Assembly (NCBI RefSeq): GCF_022539665.2
Contig: NC_081333.1
Span: 5,580,001-5,644,000, forward strand
DNA: 64,000 bases
Reading direction: 5' to 3'
From: Daphnia carinata
Taxonomy: Eukaryota
The stretch's first letter is position 1. The number at the start of each line of letters is the position of its first letter. A model generated the notes under the pieces. That model was not told the DNA's origin, searched no databases, and was given only the letters and a program-made list of their open reading frames with translations. Position numbers and translations under genes: made by a program. Shown in pieces: positions 1 through 12,045 of the stretch.

Positions 1-26
1 TTTCTATCCTGTCACCCCTTCGCACG

Positions 27-3000
27 ATGGAAGACGCAGTCCGACATCGCAGAAGATTGGTCGCCGCCGATGCATCTCTACGAGACCCACGGCAAGGGGC
101 GATGGCCACGATGACGTCTAGCTGTAACCGTACGGATCACGACGAAGATGACCGTTCTCAACGTTCACATACCCACAGTCAAGCCAATCGACCCCACAGC
201 AGCTGTTGCAGTCGTCTACAACCTCCGAACTTCAAGATCCAGCCATTTGACGGCAACCCGAAGAATTACGCGCGATTCAAGGCCAAATTCCAGGCCCTGT
301 ATGAAGAGTATGAAGATTCTCCGGTACTTCTCTTCATGTTGGAGGAGCTGCTGACCGAAGAGGTACGAAATGAAATCGGTGAATGTCTGACCGATGGAAC
401 AATGTACTCTGTGGTGTGGGAACGTTTGGACGTGGTCTACGGTCGCACTGAAATCATGAATCAGACATACCTCGACGACCTTCTACAGGTCCCGCCATTG
501 AAGAGCCTAGATGCTGCCAGCCTCAAGACATTCGCAAACCGTCTTCATGGTGCAGTAGCCACGCTCTCCAAGTCTAAGTATGCCCACGAGCTACACAGCC
601 GTACCACCTTGATGGCCTTAGAAGCAAAATTAACGCCTTACCTCAAAGATAAGTGGAACGAGAAACGTAAAAAAAAACAGGAGTAGAACTGAATGTTCTA
701 GACCTAGACGACTAGGTAACGTTGAAATCCATGAGCAAGCAACATGGAAGAAATGTATTTGAGTCTTTACCCGCGTCGACGTCCAAAGGCGAAGTTCAAC
801 GAAAGGAAGCCCGTCAAGAGACCCAGCTTCCCACACACGTCGACCATTGGACACGTATCGACGATGGAAGGTTCGAAAGTAGCGGCGTCAACATCTTCAG
901 CAACCATGCCTCCAAGGTGCCGATCAACATCGGGGAAGATGCAAGCCGGGAAGACGGAACGGTGGAAATGCTTTGTATGCAACGGCAGGAGCCATCATCT
1001 CTCAACCTGTACCGTCTTCACGTCTCACACGCCCACGAAAAGGGCTGAGAAAGTATTCAAGTCCGGAAGATGTCTGTTATGTCCTACGGGAAAACACGAA
1101 CGCAAGTAATGTCCCAGGGACGTCAGCTGTACTATCGCTGATTTTACTGGAATCCGTCACCACACCTTGCTTCATGGATCTGAATTCACCCCATTGAGGA
1201 GGCTAGCGGATCTGACTGCTCCATCAGCGACACCTTCGACAGCATTCCTGGGTACCTTGACCCACTTGGAAACCGTAAAACGACGTGTACATTTTAAGAT
1301 TGTACCGGTTCGTGTCGGGGCTGGCGAAACATGGGTCGACACTTTCGGTTTCCTGGATAGGAAACCGAAAGCGACACAACGCTGATTAGGAGCGACTTAG
1401 TAAGAAAGTTGGGACTCGTTGGGCCATCCAAACGCATAAACGTCGTCTCGTATGACGGAGCCACGTCTAACGTTACGGCTTCCGTAGTAAACTTCGCCTT
1501 AACATCTCGTGATGGTAAAAGCCAGTTTGAAGTCAAGCACGCTTACGCCGTCAACAATTTGAAGGTGGCGCCGAATTCGCCGATCGACCCTCGACAGTTG
1601 GAGTCATGGAAACACCTACGTGGTATTGACGTCCCGACCGTGCAACAAGAGGACGTGACCGTGCTGATAGGAATTGACGTCGCAGATGCCCATGATCATG
1701 TAGCTTCCATCAAGCCGCCGGCTGGAACGACTGGGCCCATCGCCTTCAAGACGCCGTTTGGCTGGTGTTTAGGTGGACAAACGGGCCCGCCACAAGACGG
1801 ACGCCCGTTCATCGCTCATCTAGCCACCGTGGAACGTCCTGAAGACCTAAATGAGCTGGTGAAGAAGTTCTGGTAACTTGAGGCCAGTGAAATAGAAATA
1901 GAACCACCCGTTCCATCTGAGGAAGTCCTACGTGGAAAACGCATCCTACAATCTTCCGTAAAACGTATTGGTAACCAGTACCAAGTCGGCTTAATGTGGA
2001 AAGCCGACGACGTAAATCTTCCAAACAGTCTGGCATCTGCATTGAAGAGGCTCTACGCCCTTGAACGACGTTTTCATCGAGACGCGGAGTTTGCCCAAAG
2101 GTACGATGCAGTGGTCAAGGAGTACATCGGCTAAAGACATGCCTGACTCTTAACGACCCAAGAAGCCCAGACGGAGACAAACAAGACGTGGTATCTACCA
2201 CACCACGGGGTCGTGAGCCCTTCCAGCTCATCGACTAAAGTTCGTGTCGTATTCGATGGAGCTGTTGAGTTTGGTGGCACATCGATTAATCAAAACCTGC
2301 TTCGGGGACCTAACTTACTCGTTAACCTGCTTGGTGTGCTCATCCGCTTCCGCCGCAACCTCGTACCAGTCGGAGCGGACATTGAAAAAATGTTCCACCA
2401 AGTGAAAGTCACGGGAGAAGACCAGGCAGCATTCCGATTTCTCTACCGGACGTCTGGCAGTATTTCAGCTCCGTTAACATGCCAGATGACGGTTCACGTA
2501 TTTGGAGCCATATCCTCCCCAACGAGCTGAATCTTCGCCCTCAACAAGACGGCCGATGACCACCGCAGCCAGTTTCCAGACGTAGCCGATAGCGTTCGAC
2601 GTAATTTCTACGTCGACAATTATCTCGACTCCTTCGACTCCGAAGACGAGGTCATCCAACGGTCCCGCCAAATGAAGTCGCTTCTCCAGTTAGGCAGTTT
2701 CAATTTGACAAAATGGACGTCGTTATCAAGAACGGTGATAGCTGCGTTACGAGAGTTTGGCCTCGCGTCAACCAACTCTGGATCTGGACTTGGAGAAACT
2801 TCCCGTCGAAAGAAAGCTGGGAGTAATGTGGGACAGCGAGCGAGATATGCTGACTTTCAAGATCCGGAAGCCGCCAAACAACGTGACCCTCACGAAGCGA
2901 GCCTTCCTAAGCATCATCTCTAGCGTCTATGATCCGTTGGGACTGGTTGCCCCAGTTATTTTCGTGATGAAGTCTTTACTCCAAGACATCTGGACCAACC

Positions 3001-5260
3001 AGGAGCGGATCGGTTGGGACGACGTCGTACCGGAAACATCGAGTCAACGTTTCCATTGCTGGTACGACCATCTTGAAAAATTGGAGTCGCTGTTACTGCC
3101 GAGATGCTTCCGTTCCAAACGAGGACGTTGGACTCAACAGCACCTCCACGTCTTCGCGGATGCAAGCTCCAAAGGGTACGGAGCAGTAGGCTATTTCCGT
3201 ACGATATTCGAAGATCAGTCCATCAACGTGTCTTTCGTTTTGTCGAAAACACACGTTACGCCGGTGAAAGGTCTTACGATTCCATGTTTAGAGCTACAAG
3301 CCGCAGTAGAAGGTCTCAACATCGCCCTCACGATTTGCCGTGAGCTGGAGATCGATTTGCGGCAAGTAACCTTCCACACAGACTCACAAACGGTGCTGCG
3401 GTGGATCCATTCAAAGACATGCCGATTTCGTCTTCGTCGACAAAGTCTTCGTCAACAACCGCATCGGAAAGATACTCCGAAACACAGGTCGTCGACAATG
3501 GCGTCACGTTGCTGGAGACTTAAACCCAGCGGATTCCTGCAGTAGGGGTATCGACAAAAAGGACGTCAACGAATTGGTCTACTTCCATCGAGGACCTTCG
3601 TTCCTGAACCTCGACCCTTCAGAGTGGTACACTTGGGAAGAGATTACGGAGCCGGAAGAACGAGACGTAAATGTAATTCGTGTCTTGGCAGTCAAAACGG
3701 AATATGAGAATCATGTCATCGACCGATGCGTCGCACGTTTTTCCAGCTTGGTGAAACTTCATCGAGTGCTGGCCTGGAGTAAAAGATTTGCCAACAACGC
3801 CAGAGCAAAACTACGTGGAGAAAAACCCATGGTCGGAGAGCTAACGGTAGAAGAAATTGTAACGTCACTGACAAAATACATCGTACGTGCACAGGAATTG
3901 GCCTTTGCTGAAGAATTTTACGCCCTTCGCAAGAATCTGGAATTTCCAATCAGATTAAAACTTCGCACCTTCAAGCCTTTCTTGGATGAAGTCGGACAGA
4001 TGCGAATTGGCGGACGTATACTTCAAGCGCCGATCGACTATGCAGCTAGGCACCCCATACTTCTACCAGCATCTCAATCCTTACCAAAAAGGATAATTTG
4101 GGATCACCACGTTAGACACATGCACGTCAAGACCGAAAGACTGCTGACAGACCTACGTTCACGCTATTGGATACTCTCTGGACGTAAAGTGGTAAAATCC
4201 GAACTCAACAATTGCTGACCTTGCAAGCGCACGTCGGCAAAGCCTAGCCCGCCGTTGATGGCTTCCCTTCCAGCTCATCGCTTAACGCCTCATCTGCCCG
4301 CGTTCACGTACACAGGGGTCGATTACTTTGGACCATTGACTGTACGAGTTGGTGCACGGGGACGGAGACATGAAAAACGTTGCATCAGCCTAATCACGTG
4401 ATTCACCACGCGAGCAGCTCACCTGGAAGTGGCCAACGGGCTCAGTATGGAGGAGTTCTTACTCTGCTTCTCCCGTTTTGTTAGCCTACGCGGAAAACCG
4501 AAGGTCGTTTATAGCGACAATGGGACAAACTTTGTCGCCACCGAGCAAGAGTTGCGACAAGCCCTAGAAGAACTTGTTAACAAACACCAAGAACTTCAAA
4601 CCGTAATGGCTTGTCAAGAAATAGATTGGCACTTCTCTCCACCACTTCGGTGGTGTTTGGGAAAGGATCGTACAATCCTGCAAACGGGCAATGAAAACCA
4701 GCATCGTTAATTGCCTAGTCACGGACCAAGTGCTACGAACCATAATCGCTGAAGTGGCAGCTTTGTTATCCGCCCGGCCGTTAACACATCTGAGTATGGA
4801 TCCAGAAGACCCGGATCCCTTAACACCAAACCATTTTCTATACGGTGGAGCTCGGCCGTACTTGCCCTTACAATTGACCAACGTGGAAGACATGAACGTA
4901 ACCAACAAGCAGTTTCTGCAAAGTCAGGCCATCCTCTAACATTTTTGGGATAGGTGGTTACGTGAATACGTTCCACACTTAACAGAAAGAAGAAAATTGC
5001 AAGAAAAAAGGCCTAACGTCACCGTGGGAGACCTGGTGTTGGTAATTGAACCGAATACCTTGCGTGGGCAGTGGCCGATGGGAAAGGTGCTCGAAGTTAT
5101 TCCCAGTACTACGGATTATGTTGTTCGAGTAGTAAAAGTAAAGCTCAGCAACCATCCAAGACCATGTATTCGGCCGGTGGCCAAATTATGTATCATGGTT
5201 GCGGCAAAGGAACAACAAGTATACGCAAAAGAAGAGAAAATGGAATCTTCATCGGCGTAA
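27..5260 (+). pseudogene. BEL/Pao gag-pol, multiple stops and frameshifts
   Basis: DUF1759-like FDGNPKNY..F; knuckles CFVCNGRSHHLSTC and CLLCPTGKH; disrupted protease FLD..SDTTLI; RT KVRVVFDG, ADIEKMFHQV, YVDN; RNase H HVFADASSKGYG and HTDS; integrase GVDYFGP and YSDNGTNFV; DUF5641-like C-terminus. Confidence 0.92.
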
Positions 5261-5646
5261 ACGTTCAATTACAGTACCGTAAAATGCAAATACTGTCTGT
5301 ACTGGAACTACAATTAGTAGCTCCCCTACTTAACTACTAATTCCCCTAACTAAACTAAAATTGTAAATGTAACATGTGAAATCGACATGACAACACACAA
5401 ACTGTAAACAGCGTAGGAAAATCGCAACTTTAAACCTGGTGGGGGATCCACGAAGCTCAACGCCACCTATATTCCAGTTAAATTATAGGGCAAAGGGCAA
5501 AAGCCAGGTCACTTGCTGTTTTAGCAACAAAAGAAAAAAAACTGGAAACTGTTTAGCCTCTGATGTTAGCAGACGGCATTCAGTCGACCTAACTTCGCCT
5601 AAGTGAAACGTGTTCCTGCTAAACCCTACGTCCAACGTTAAGTGCC

Positions 5647-6330
5647 ATGGCGAAGTATCCACCTCAATCAGCCGCATCGGTAAAGGAAAAACTAAAATTG
5701 AGTCGTGAGAGGGAAGAGGAGTGCGCGGCCAACCTCACCGAAACAATTGAAAAGCTGGAAAGTTCTAAAAGGGAGGCCGTCGAGAAAGTGTATGGGTACC
5801 AGCGGGCCATCCTAGACCTCGACAAGGAAAATCTAAAAACTTTCTGAGGATCTCGTCAACGTGCACGTCCACTTCCGAGCCGAGCGTGAGACCCTGATAA
5901 GCGGATATATTGGGTCTCTTTTACGCAAAGCTCGGGAGGCGGCGACCGAAGCGCCGGTAGCCACTCCAGTCTCTACACCCGCACGTCCCACGTTCGTGGT
6001 CCCTCTCCACACGCCCATCATTCTGTGCTTTTTAAAGTCACACGTGTTGGGACCGAACCCCTGCAGAAAGAAGACCACGGAGTGTGAGGAGTTCATGCTC
6101 CTCACAAACCAGGATAAATTGGAACTCCTCTTTGCCCAGCGACCGTGTTTTGATTGCTTTGTTCCAACCGCCGTCACCGGGCACACAAAGACCGCTGACT
6201 GTACCGATCCCCGACGTTGTACGTTATGCAACACACAAGATCATCATCAGATCTTGTGTGCGCCAAAAAACCGTACAACAACCTGCTCACTCACTAAGGA
6301 TGGCCCATCATTTCGTCCAGTTTCAGCTGC
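5647..6330 (+). pseudogene. Extra ORF between BEL pol and 3' LTR: coiled-coil plus Pao-Gag-like Cys/His knuckles
   Basis: ORFs 5647-5847 and 5861-6490; CFDC...GH....DC...RCTLCNTQDHHQILC; homologous codons at 63890-64000 (-). Confidence 0.65.
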
Positions 6331-6506
6331 TGGGAAAAGACTTCACATCCACTTTGTTTTTTTTTTGTGTGTTGTACGTTCGAAGTTTGTCTCTTTGTTG
6401 TTTTCTTTTGTTTCTTTTCTTATTTTGCACCTGTTCTCACGGTGGGTCCCGCTGTCACCTACGGTGCTGCCCTCGCGGGCAGGGCTGTAGGGGGCACGGG
6501 CCTACG

Positions 6507-6810
6507 TATTTATTGCGTGCCCATTTAATTTTTCTCTTTACCTCTTTCTATGGACAGGGGCAGTATTGTTTAAGTTCCTGACCCAGACAGTCGTCCAAAG
6601 TAAGTCTCATTTCTCAAACCCAGACAAGTTGTCTTGTTTTTGTCCCCCTCGTTTTCTTCAAGCAAGCGTGCGGTTTTTGTTTCTGTTCAAACTCTGAAAT
6701 TAAGCAGTCTTCCCTTTTTTTTACATCATCTCGTTCATCATTACATTCACCCTCATCTCTCAACCCTCTCATCTCTCTCTGTTGCTACTTTTGCACGCGA
6801 GTCAGCAACA
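6507..6810 (+). repeat. BEL/Pao 3' LTR
   Basis: Follows GTAGGGGGCACGGGCCTACG and ends GAGTCAGCAACA; both landmarks match the LTR at 63453-63720 (-); left edge approximate. Confidence 0.7.
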
Positions 6811-7088
6811 ATTTCAGTATGTCCCCCCTAATACAGCATTTATATTTACCCCAGCAGACGGTTTGCTAGCAGGCATTTATATTGAAGAATTTATTGGAAA
6901 TGTATCGGGAGATGGAACTTATATTCTCATATAAAATTATGGTTGACAATCATTCATTGCAATCCAATCAAAATTCCTAGAAACACTACATTAGGCGTAA
7001 TTGAAATAATTCATAACGTTATCGGAAAAATTTCCCGATTAATCACAGAAGTATACTGAATTTTAAGCACCGCTCTCAAAATTATTAG

Positions 7089-10000
7089 ATGACTTTCACG
7101 ACTTGTTTGCGCAAAGATTCAGAATTAGGAAACACCAACCTTATAAAACACACGATTGATACACAAGGACGAGGCCCCATAAGACAACGCCCATACAGAG
7201 CAATGAATAACCAAAGAAAATTATTAGATGATCAAATACAAGAAATGCTTGATGCAGATGTAATACAATATTCGCATTCTCCATGGGCTTCACCCGTGGT
7301 GTTAGTAGAAAAGAAGTGTGGAGAAGTACGATTTTGCGTTGATTATAGGAAATTAAATAGTATTACGAAAAAAGATTCATTCCCTATGCCTAGGATAGAC
7401 GAAACATTGGACAAATTATATGGAAAGCAATTTTTCACAACTCTCGATCTAGCTTCAGATTGTTGGCAGAAAACAACCTTTACGAATTTAAACGTATTGC
7501 ATTTGGCTTGTGCAATGCACCTGCCACATTCCAACGACTAAGGAATTATGTACTGAAAGACGTTTTAGGAAGTAAAGCATTAGTTTATTTGGATGATGTT
7601 TTAATCTTTTCAGACACTTTTGAAGACCATTTACGTGATATTTGAGAAATTTTTGATTTATTAAGAAATGCATTTTAAAATTATAACTTAAGAAATGCCA
7701 GTTCATTAAACGCTCACTAAATTTATCTAGGTCACGTAATATCGACCGATGGTATTAAGCCTAATCCAAGTAAATTTGTAAGATAGTCAATTATATAACA
7801 CTTGTTTCGGTAGATGAAGTCAGATCATTTCTTGGATTACATGGATATTACAGAAGATTTATTAAGGATTTTGAATCAATTGCTAAACCCTTAATTCGAT
7901 TAACTCATAAAGATCTTAGCAGAAAGTCTTTTGATTTGGTCCTGAGGAACAATTTGCTTTCGAGAAATTGCGCAATTCTCTAGTAACACCATCAGTTCTC
8001 GTACCCCAATTTCAACGAAAAATTTTTACTCTTTACCGATGCATGCGATTATGGCATGGGAGCGGTCTTATCTCAAATTAAAAATGGCCACGAACATCCT
8101 ATAGCATATTCCAATAGACAGTTCACAAAAGCAGAAACAAAATATAGCACGACAGAAAAAGAAGCTCTAGCAGTCATGGATGCAATTAAACATTTCCGAC
8201 ATTACTTATTGGATAAACCTTTTGAGATTATTAGTGATCATCGTCCCTTGCAATGGCTTAAAGTTCAGAAAGAAAATAATGGAAGATTAGGTAGATTGGC
8301 TATACTTTTGGCAGCAAAAAAAATATGAATTAAAATATAGACCGGGACGTATTCACCAAAACGCAGGTTGCTTGCCACGTTTAAAAATAGCTAGTATTCA
8401 CAAAGAACGTAATATTAAATTAATTTGCGAAAAACGGTAGCCGGTGAAATAGGACTGAAACGAAATAGGACTGACTTTTAATAACTTTTAGGACACTCCT
8501 ATTTCTCCATGGCATCAGTCCTATTTCTCCTGCAAATAGTCCTATTTCTTTTACTTAGTTCACATATGAACGATTAGCCTCCAATCCGGTAGGCAACACA
8601 ATACGTAAGAGCTTCGGATTATATCCATCTCATTTTTTAAAAAACCGTCGGCGTTAACTCATTACTTAAATGGTTCACAAAACATTTATCTCTTATCCTA
8701 TTTTAATTTAAATTGCTGGGGAACATGAATTATGTTGAATCTAATAGAGTTCATTTAATAAAATAAAATTAGAGCAAAATCAGAATGTATAACAGCTGTA
8801 TATAATGTAAAGATAGTTGTATGAAATAGTAAAACATTAGTGCGATTGGAAAAGTTGGATATGACTACATAAAGTGCTATATAAGTACTAAATATTTCTG
8901 TAGTATGTCTAATAGTATTTCTTTAAATGAACTCTATTAAATAGAATATAGTTCATGTCATCCTGGAATTTAAATTAAAATAGGATTAGAAAAAAAGTGT
9001 TGTGAACCATTTAACTAATGGGTTAACACCATCGGGTTTTTAAAAAGGGAAATGGATATAGCCCGACGCTCTTACTCAATAAATTTCCTACCGGATTGGA
9101 GGCTCATCGTTTCTACTGGAACAAAGAAAATGAAATAGGACTATTTCTAAAGAGAAATAGGACTAATGCCAAGGAGAAATAGGACTGATGTTACGGAGAA
9201 ATAGGACTGTCCTAAAAGTTATTAAAAGTCAGTCCTATTTCTCCGGTAGAAATAGGACTGGAAATTTTCAATCCTCTTTCTCCAGTCCTATTTCGTTTCA
9301 GTCATATTTCACCGCTAATCGCGAAAAACAATTGGTAGATAGCCTTTACATTCCCATTCCAAATTATTTGGATAATGGAGAACTTGAGGAAACTTTTCTC
9401 CAATCTAAGCCAGATTGGGTAAAAGAAATTGATTATTTCGAAATTATTGACGGTCACTTTACTGGCACGTGCCGCTATCTTCCGATAGTTATTTCTCCAG
9501 CTTCACCCAATGGAAACAGTTATATTTTAGTTATTACGGATTATTTTAGCCGGTGTGTAGAGGTTGTTGCATTGAAAGATCCGGCTGCGTAGACGACAGC
9601 TGAATGTGTATAAAAGACAATTATAGTTAGACATGGTATGCCTAAAGCTATTCTTTCAGATCGTGGAACCAATTTCAAATCGAAACTATTTCGTTATTTT
9701 TGTAAAAAATTTAAATTTGATCAAAGACTAACTGCTTGTAATCCAGCTAGCAACGAAGAAACTGGAAGATTTGATAGAAAATAAACATTATGTTGAGAAA
9801 GGAATTGAAAGATGGAGAACATAAAGAATGGAAAGGTATGCTGAATGATGTTTTATTTGCTTATCGTAGTTTTGTCCATTTCGACATTGGACAGCCCATA
9901 TTACTTACTGCACGGTAGAGATCCTAATAAACCCGTTAATGAATTCCTCCACGCTTTCCCAAAAACGTTGATCTCCGCATCAGATTACGTAGGTAACCTA

Positions 10001-10828
10001 ACTGAACGCTTGCGTTATAGTTTCCAACGCGTACGTGAGGAGAGTGAAAAAGCAAGAAAGCGTCAGAGGAAACAATATAATAAACGAGCGAATAAAAAAC
10101 AATATATGGTAGGAGATAGAGTATTATTAGATATTAGAGTAGTTAAAGAAGACGATAGTAGGAAATTTGCTTCGAAATATAAAGGCCCTTATAGAATTGT
10201 GAAGGTATATTCCAATAATACAGTCGACATTGCCGCCAATTCATATATTTGTCAACGTACACACGTTAATCGTTTCAAACCCTTGTATGAAAATATGCTA
10301 TGGAAAGATGAGCATTGTCCCCCTATCGAGACGTCGTCAAAGTTCGAGAATCGATTTCGTAAATCGATTTCGACCCAAACGATGGAAATTGTGGAAAATA
10401 TGGAGCAGATCACGAGGGAATTGGAAATCGTGGAATTGGTAACGATGGAGTCAGAAAACGTGGAAATGGAAACGAGGCATTCGGAAACGTAGATGTGGAA
10501 TATTCGGAATTAGAAACAGCAGAATTGGAACCAGCGGAAATGCAAATGGACGCCAGTTATAACAAAACACAATATTAATGCCTCAATCAAACAAACATAC
10601 GATTCGCACGATGATAAATCAATCGCCAATGACATGGTTGAGAGTCGACATAATGTAACACCCATTCCCGAAAACAATGCAAATGTCATAAATAATGAGC
10701 CTGAAACTCGACAGGTGACACCTGACATCGATCAGCCAGAAGAATTGACACCCCAAAATGCTACCGGACGCCCGCAAAGAAATCGAAGACTACCGATACG
10801 TTACAGAAACAAGAGCGGACCATTTTAA
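7089..10828 (+). pseudogene. Gypsy pol (RT, RNase H, integrase)
   Basis: SPWASPVVLV, RFCVDYRKLN, YLDD (7586), TDACDYGMGAVL, YSTTEKEALA, SDRGTNF, GPY; interrupted by MITE 8436-9320. Confidence 0.92.
8436..9320. mobile_element. Foldback/MULE-type MITE, copy 1
   Basis: ~300-bp imperfect TIRs with GAAATAGGACT repeats; termini GGTAGC...CTAATC; 9-bp TSD GCGAAAAAC (8427-8435 and 9321-9329). Confidence 0.9.
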
Positions 10829-11750
10829 AACAATTTAAATGATCACATATCACGTCCGAAGTGTATTTAACAGCAACAAATTTTTAAAGAAACATCACAA
10901 CGTCTACAACGCTCGTTGAGCCTACACCACGAGAATCAGTTCACTTAAAACTTCAATTCTCCAAACAAAAAAGGGGACCTAGGCACGAGTTCCAGCAGCC
11001 AACTAGACCAAGATGCGACAGAATGGCTAACTGCCGACGAACAGGCGAAGAAGGTAATGGCACCGATGGTTGCCATCCCTATCTACGATTGGACCCAACT
11101 ACCAGCGAAAACGGTCGAGGTGGTCAGCAAGACGCCTCTTTTGCAAGAGCCCGAGCCAGGAATCGTGGGAAGTCGAGCGCCAGCGCTATGAGCGTCGCAT
11201 CGAAGAACGGACGGCCGCGCTTACTCGCCAACTTAACGCGGATCCTTTCGCCGAGGATTGGGGAAGAGCTGTAAACACCCTAAAGCTGATTTTCGATCTG
11301 GACTCGGCAAGACGTCATCCTCCTCTGTACAACTGGTCATCGGATCTGTGGGACACAGCTAGGAAACGTCACAGGCACAAACCTAACATTCAACACTGAA
11401 GACCACAAATAAAGGGAACGAAAAGGCAACCGAAAAAATTTTACATACTCTCACCCCACATAGCTGTGTTTATTCCCTGTAGTCTAGGAATTTCTTCCTA
11501 AACAATTTTTCCCCTCTTCCTATTATACTCACTGACAAACAAATAAACACAAATAAACACATGTTTCGTCCAAATATTCATTGTAGAGATTCGGGATACG
11601 AAAGCAAATGAGAGCGTTATCAGTCAAAAACTCAAATATATAAGCAAATGGAAGGTAGAAGAAAAACATTACTCCCCGCCGTTTCACAACTATAATTTTA
11701 TATTAAACCAAAGTAAAGAAACATATCAATTTAAGGTATATCAACAACTG

Positions 11751-11818
11751 CTGGGCCGAATATTGAACCCGAGACTTCCGAGTCGTATTGAAGTGCTATA
11801 CCTATACGCTATGTAACC
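11751..11818 (-). other. Degenerate tRNA-like sequence 1
   Basis: Minus strand GGTTACATAGCGTATAGGTATAGC...CTCGGGTTCAAT has A- and B-box-like motifs; similar to 11976-12045. Confidence 0.35.
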
Positions 11819-11975
11819 ATAAAGGAAACCCACTATAATAACCAAAGTAATTCTAAATCGAACCAGGATAGATAAAAACTTAAAATATTTAATGATAATC
11901 AACCCACAGTGCATTAATAAGGAATTAGTTTACATCACTTACCGAAGAGGAATCTTCCAGTAAATTTCCAGTCAA

Positions 11976-12045
11976 GGTCACGGCGTGATTCGAAACTAAG
12001 ACTCCCGAGTCGCAGTCAGACGCTATAACATAATACCATGCAGCC
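11976..12045 (-). other. Degenerate tRNA-like sequence 2
   Basis: 70 nt GGCTGCATGGTATTATGTTATAGCGTCTGACTGCGACTCGGGAGTCTTAGTTTCGAATCACGCCGTGACC; anticodon-like stem TCTGA/TCGGG with 7-nt loop; TTCGAAT T-loop; poor acceptor stem. Confidence 0.45.

Larger units (their letters stand above)
1..6810 (+). mobile_element. BEL/Pao LTR retrotransposon, decayed, 5' end outside window
   Basis: Gag-PR-RT-RH-IN order with Pao-type motifs; 3' LTR ends ...GAGTCAGCAACA at 6810, after which Gypsy pol sequence begins. Confidence 0.92.
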
